From a virus: a stretch of DNA of 64,000 nucleotides. The translations under genes and the position numbers were made by a program. Position 1 is the first letter of the stretch, and each line of letters opens with the position of its first letter. Location: the IMG/VR virus record IMGVR_UViG_3300021400_000042; one strand, written 5' to 3'. Shown piece by piece: positions 60,706 through 64,000 of the stretch. Below the pieces are notes generated by a model. The model was not told the origin of the DNA. It made no database searches and saw only the letters and a list, made by a program, of their open reading frames with translations.

Positions 60706-61233
60706 ATGGCGTTCGCAAAGGGGAATCAGTACGGCAAAAAGCCGAAGTATAAGACACCCGAAGAAATACAGGAAAAAATAGATGCATACTTTGAGGAGTG
60801 TAAAGGTACACTCCTTGAAGATCATAACGGAGATCCGATCATTGACAGGTGGGGCAATCCGGTATATCTGGACAGGAAGCCGCCCACGGTCACGGGGCTG
60901 GCGCTTGCCCTGGGATTTAAAACGCGCCGCGCCTTAATGCTCTATCAGGCAAAGAAAGAGTTCATGGACGTGATACTGGAAGCGAAGTCCCGGATAGAGA
61001 TGTACAACGAAGAACAGCTCTTTTCCCGCGACGGGTCCAGAGGCGCACAGTTCTCTCTGCAGCATAACTTCCAGGGGTGGCAGGAAGAGAAGGAAGACGA
61101 TAAGAAAGGTGCAGCGGTCAATATCATCAATGATATTCCGAAGGGGACTGTCACGGTGAACACGGACACGGCGGTGTTCAATGCATTGCAGAAGCCGGAG
61201 GATGAAGCTACACAGGATGCCGGCGAAGAGTAA
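60706..61233 (+). CDS. terS: terminase small subunit
   Basis: MAFAKGNQYGKKPKYKTPEEIQEKIDAYFEEC…PPTVTGLALALGF… is typical of TerS. It is adjacent to TerL. Confidence 0.75.
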   Translation: MAFAKGNQYGKKPKYKTPEEIQEKIDAYFEECKGTLLEDHNGDPIIDRWGNPVYLDRKPPTVTGLALALGFKTRRALMLYQAKKEFMDVILEAKSRIEMYNEEQLFSRDGSRGAQFSLQHNFQGWQEEKEDDKKGAAVNIINDIPKGTVTVNTDTAVFNALQKPEDEATQDAGEE

Positions 61234-62476
61234 CCTTTCCGGGGTTCGTCTCACAGACCTGATAGCCCCGGCGTTCTATCCCGTGTACTGGGACGTAAGA
61301 GAGGGGAACCATACATATTACGATCTGTACGGCGGTCGAGGATCCACAAAATCATCCTTTATCAGTCTGGACCTGGTAATGGGTATCATGGAGGATCCGG
61401 CAGCGAATGCAGCTGTCTTCCGTAAAGTGGCAAGCACTATCGGGACATCTGTATTTGAACAGGTTTTGTGGGCGATCAATGCGTTAGGTGTGGAAGAACT
61501 GTGGAAGACCACAACCAATCCATACAAGGCCACGTATAAACCGACGGGGCAGGTTATATTATTCCGAGGCCTGGATAAAGCCAAAAAGCTGAAGTCCATC
61601 AAAGTATCACGCGGATATCTGAAATATCTGTGGTTTGAAGAACTTGACGAGTTTTCAGGCGAAGAAGAGATCCGATCTGTACAGCAGTCAGTCCTCCGAG
61701 GCGGCCCGAAATACGTTGTATTCAAGTCCTTCAACCCGCCGATCAGTAAATCAAACTGGGCGAATAAATACGTCCTGAAGCCGCACAGAGGCGCGTACAG
61801 GCACAAATCCTGTTATCTGGATGTGCCGCGTGACTGGTTAGGACAGCAGTTCTTTGATGATGCGGAAGATCTGAAGAACACGAATTATCGTGCCTATCAG
61901 CATGAGTACCTGGGGGATGCCGTCGGAACTGGCGGTGAAGTCTTTGACAACCTGGAAATCAGGGCAATCACTGACGCGGAGATTGCGAGTTTTGCCAATA
62001 TTTACATGGGTATTGACTGGGGCTGGTTCCCGGATCCGTACCACTGGGGCAAAATGAACTATGATGCAGCCCGTAGGACCTTATACATCTACGATGAAAT
62101 GCGGTGCTGGAAGACATCGAATGCAGAGACCTGGAACCGGCTTGTTATGCAGCACGGCGTAACGAGTCAGGATCTTATCACTGCGGATTCTGCGGAAAAG
62201 AAATCTGTCGGAGACTATCGTGATTATGGCTCTCTGTGCCGGCCGGCAATCAAAGGTCCGGACAGTGTGCGGTATGGTATGAAATGGCTGCAGTCTTTAG
62301 TAAAGATTGTCATTGATCCGTACCGATGCCCGTATACGGCGCAGGAGTTTACAGAGTATGAGTATGAACGGACAGACGATGATGAGATAATCAGCAGCTA
62401 TCCGGATGCAAATAACCATAGCATTGATATGACCAGATATGCTATGGAACGCGTATATAAGCGCAAAGGCCAGTAA
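61217..62476 (+). CDS. terL: terminase large subunit (PBSX-type)
   Basis: Walker A-like GGRGSTKS, …WFEELDEF…, and a nuclease half with …DWGW.PDP…. The start is set at the internal ATG 61217. Confidence 0.9.
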   Translation: MPAKSNLSGVRLTDLIAPAFYPVYWDVREGNHTYYDLYGGRGSTKSSFISLDLVMGIMEDPAANAAVFRKVASTIGTSVFEQVLWAINALGVEELWKTTTNPYKATYKPTGQVILFRGLDKAKKLKSIKVSRGYLKYLWFEELDEFSGEEEIRSVQQSVLRGGPKYVVFKSFNPPISKSNWANKYVLKPHRGAYRHKSCYLDVPRDWLGQQFFDDAEDLKNTNYRAYQHEYLGDAVGTGGEVFDNLEIRAITDAEIASFANIYMGIDWGWFPDPYHWGKMNYDAARRTLYIYDEMRCWKTSNAETWNRLVMQHGVTSQDLITADSAEKKSVGDYRDYGSLCRPAIKGPDSVRYGMKWLQSLVKIVIDPYRCPYTAQEFTEYEYERTDDDEIISSYPDANNHSIDMTRYAMERVYKRKGQ

Positions 62477-62566
62477 TGAAAAAACAGCCCTGGCAAGGGC
62501 TGAGAGGATTGCAGTTGTCATGGAGCAGCTGCGGGATAGCGGTAGGCGTAGGGGCCGCTATTATTT

Positions 62567-62649
62567 GGGTGAGTGTGCCGAGAGGCGAAGGCAGCGGACT
62601 GTAAATCCGTGACAGAGAAACACCGGTGGTTCGATTCCACCTTCACCCA
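62567..62649 (+). tRNA. tRNA-Tyr (anticodon GTA), class II with a long variable arm
   Basis: Acceptor GGGTGAG/TTCACCC, anticodon arm GCGGA-CTGTAAA-TCCGT, T arm GGTGG-TTCGATT-CCACC, discriminator A, no encoded CCA. Confidence 0.85.
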
Positions 62650-62792
62650 CGATGCCCTCCGAGGTCTGCGGACCGGCGGTGAAAGCTCATTCTTTTTGGA
62701 GATTATGAGAAAGGCTACACAGTAAAAAGAGTTTTACTTTTCCCGTCGTTGTGGTAGAATCTTTTTATCACAATATGAGGGAGGCGTTTATA

Positions 62793-63020
62793 GTGGCAAA
62801 CTATGTAACGATCACGTCAGATAAGAGCAAAAAGACAGCTTATCTGATTTGCCTCTTTACCGGAATGTTCGGCGGTCATTACTATTACGTCGGGCGAACG
62901 ATGAGAGGATTACTTGCAACATTCACTTTGAATTTTGCATTCATCGGTTGGATTCTGGATCTCCGGAAGATCCGGAAAGGAAAATTCAAAGACAATGTTG
63001 GTCAATATTTGAGGCAGTGA
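62793..63020 (+). CDS. TM2-domain membrane protein (moron)
   Basis: …AYLICLFTGMFGGHYYYVGR…FIGWILDL…. GTG 62793 is 8 nt after GAGGGAGG (the track starts further upstream). Confidence 0.6.
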   Translation: MANYVTITSDKSKKTAYLICLFTGMFGGHYYYVGRTMRGLLATFTLNFAFIGWILDLRKIRKGKFKDNVGQYLRQ

Positions 63021-63034
63021 TAATCACATCAAAA

Positions 63035-63060
63035 GCAGAGCAGAAATGCCCTGCTTTTTT
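63035..63060 (+). terminator. rho-independent terminator
   Basis: GCAGAGC-AGAAAT-GCCCTGC followed by TTTTTT. Confidence 0.6.
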
Positions 63061-63085
63061 CATGCAGAAAATGAGGTGAGGACGA

Positions 63086-64000
63086 TTGAATATCTTCACG
63101 GGCCTTATGGCAAAAATACGGGAGGTGTTAAGACGATTGATCCCATATAGAAACATAGAGCAGGTGGAGAATATCGAAACTCCCCTGTCAACAGATATGA
63201 CGAACGCCCTTGACCTGTGGTACAAGCTGTATCTGAATCAGGCGTACTGGTTAGGCGGCGAAGCGAATGTGAAATCTTTGAACCTTCCGGCTTTTATCAG
63301 TTCCGAGATTGCACGTCAGATTGTGCTTGAAATGAAATGGAATATCACCGGCAAGGATGCCAACGGGAACACGCAGAACGATGACGGCGATGACGTGATG
63401 AATCCGCGTGCGGAATACCTGAAGGCAGAATTTGAAAAGTTAATATCGGTCCTGCGGCTGAAGCTGGAACAGGGATGTGCTGCCGGCGGCATGGTTATCA
63501 AACCGTATCCGAATGTAGATGATGGACATCTCTATTTTGACTGGGCAATGGACTGGGGTATTTATCCTCTGGCCTTTGACGATGACGGGAATCTGTCAGA
63601 CTGTATCATTCCGGATATCTTCCGGGATGGGAAAACAATCTATACCCGCCTGGAACGTCATACGGTCAAAGGGAAAGACGTAGAAATCACGCAGAGGGCT
63701 TTTAAATCGACCGTAGAGGACAGTCTGGGCATGGAAATCAGTCTGTCAGACGTGGAGAGATGGAGCAGCCTGCAGGAAAAGGCGATTGTGAAAGACTCTG
63801 AAGGTCCGCTTTTTGGCTGGTATAAGGTGGCAGCGGCAAATAACGTAGACATTGACAGCCCCCTGGGGGCTTCCGTATTTGCCAAAGCCATTGACGTGAT
63901 AAAGGAAGCGGACATGCAGTATTCCCGCCTTCTCTGGGAGTATGAAGGGTCCGAGCTTGCGATTGACGTAGATCCGACAGCCCTGAGACCGAAACGGGCA
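63086..64000 (+). CDS. portal protein (SPP1 gp6-like), 5' part, runs off the window
   Basis: Frame is open from TTG 63086 (or ATG 63107) to the window end, about 305 codons. It is not in the ORF track because there is no stop. Position after TerL fits. Confidence 0.8.
   Translation, partial: MNIFTGLMAKIREVLRRLIPYRNIEQVENIETPLSTDMTNALDLWYKLYLNQAYWLGGEANVKSLNLPAFISSEIARQIVLEMKWNITGKDANGNTQNDDGDDVMNPRAEYLKAEFEKLISVLRLKLEQGCAAGGMVIKPYPNVDDGHLYFDWAMDWGIYPLAFDDDGNLSDCIIPDIFRDGKTIYTRLERHTVKGKDVEITQRAFKSTVEDSLGMEISLSDVERWSSLQEKAIVKDSEGPLFGWYKVAAANNVDIDSPLGASVFAKAIDVIKEADMQYSRLLWEYEGSELAIDVDPTALRPKRA

Overview
The window is an almost complete, apparently circularly permuted genome of a temperate siphovirus-type dsDNA phage. 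The lysis genes (CHAP/SH3b endolysin) suggest a Gram-positive, Clostridia-like host. Nearly all genes are on the + strand and tightly packed.

Gene order:
- 3' tail of a gene cut by the window edge (probably portal), head morphogenesis protein, then a 3-gene accessory island with a Tad2-like (DUF2829) protein.
- Scaffold, major capsid, neck and tail genes, chaperone pair, and a 1626-aa tape measure.
- Distal tail and Tal-like proteins, then a 2009-aa receptor-binding protein whose last ~40 codons are the variable repeat (VR1) of a diversity-generating retroelement (DGR). The avd, TR and RT follow directly.
- Holin and endolysin, then about 13 small early genes.
- A minus-strand lysogeny module: large serine recombinase, ImmA-like protease, XRE repressor.
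- Replication and nucleotide metabolism: DUF2800 nuclease, DUF2815 SSB-like protein, PolA, ThyX, C5-methyltransferase, NrdH/NrdD/NrdG-like, MazG, primase-helicase, VRR-NUC, SNF2.
- Many small Zn-ribbon proteins, a sigma-like late regulator candidate and DUF4417.
- Three enzymes sharing an MGGRG N-terminus, TerS, TerL, tRNA-Tyr, a TM2 moron, and the 5' part of portal.

The most unusual signals:
1. A 1.7-kb gap (37995-39737) without credible ORFs but rich in helices. It contains four tRNA-like modules with good acceptor, D and T arms but hugely expanded or non-canonical anticodon regions. Three share one acceptor stem.
2. A second, remote DGR target: a stand-alone 201-aa protein inside the DNA-metabolism operon. 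A conserved hairpin follows both VRs.
3. Two diverged copies of a ~250-bp TTACAA/TTGTAA iteron element. One sits at the 3' end of the primase-helicase gene, the other after the endolysin gene.
4. One operator-like motif shared by three near-consensus early promoters.
5. The MGGRG-led effector-like cassette just upstream of the terminase genes.

All calls come from reading the sequence and recalling family motifs. No searches or folding programs were run, so family names are hypotheses to confirm.
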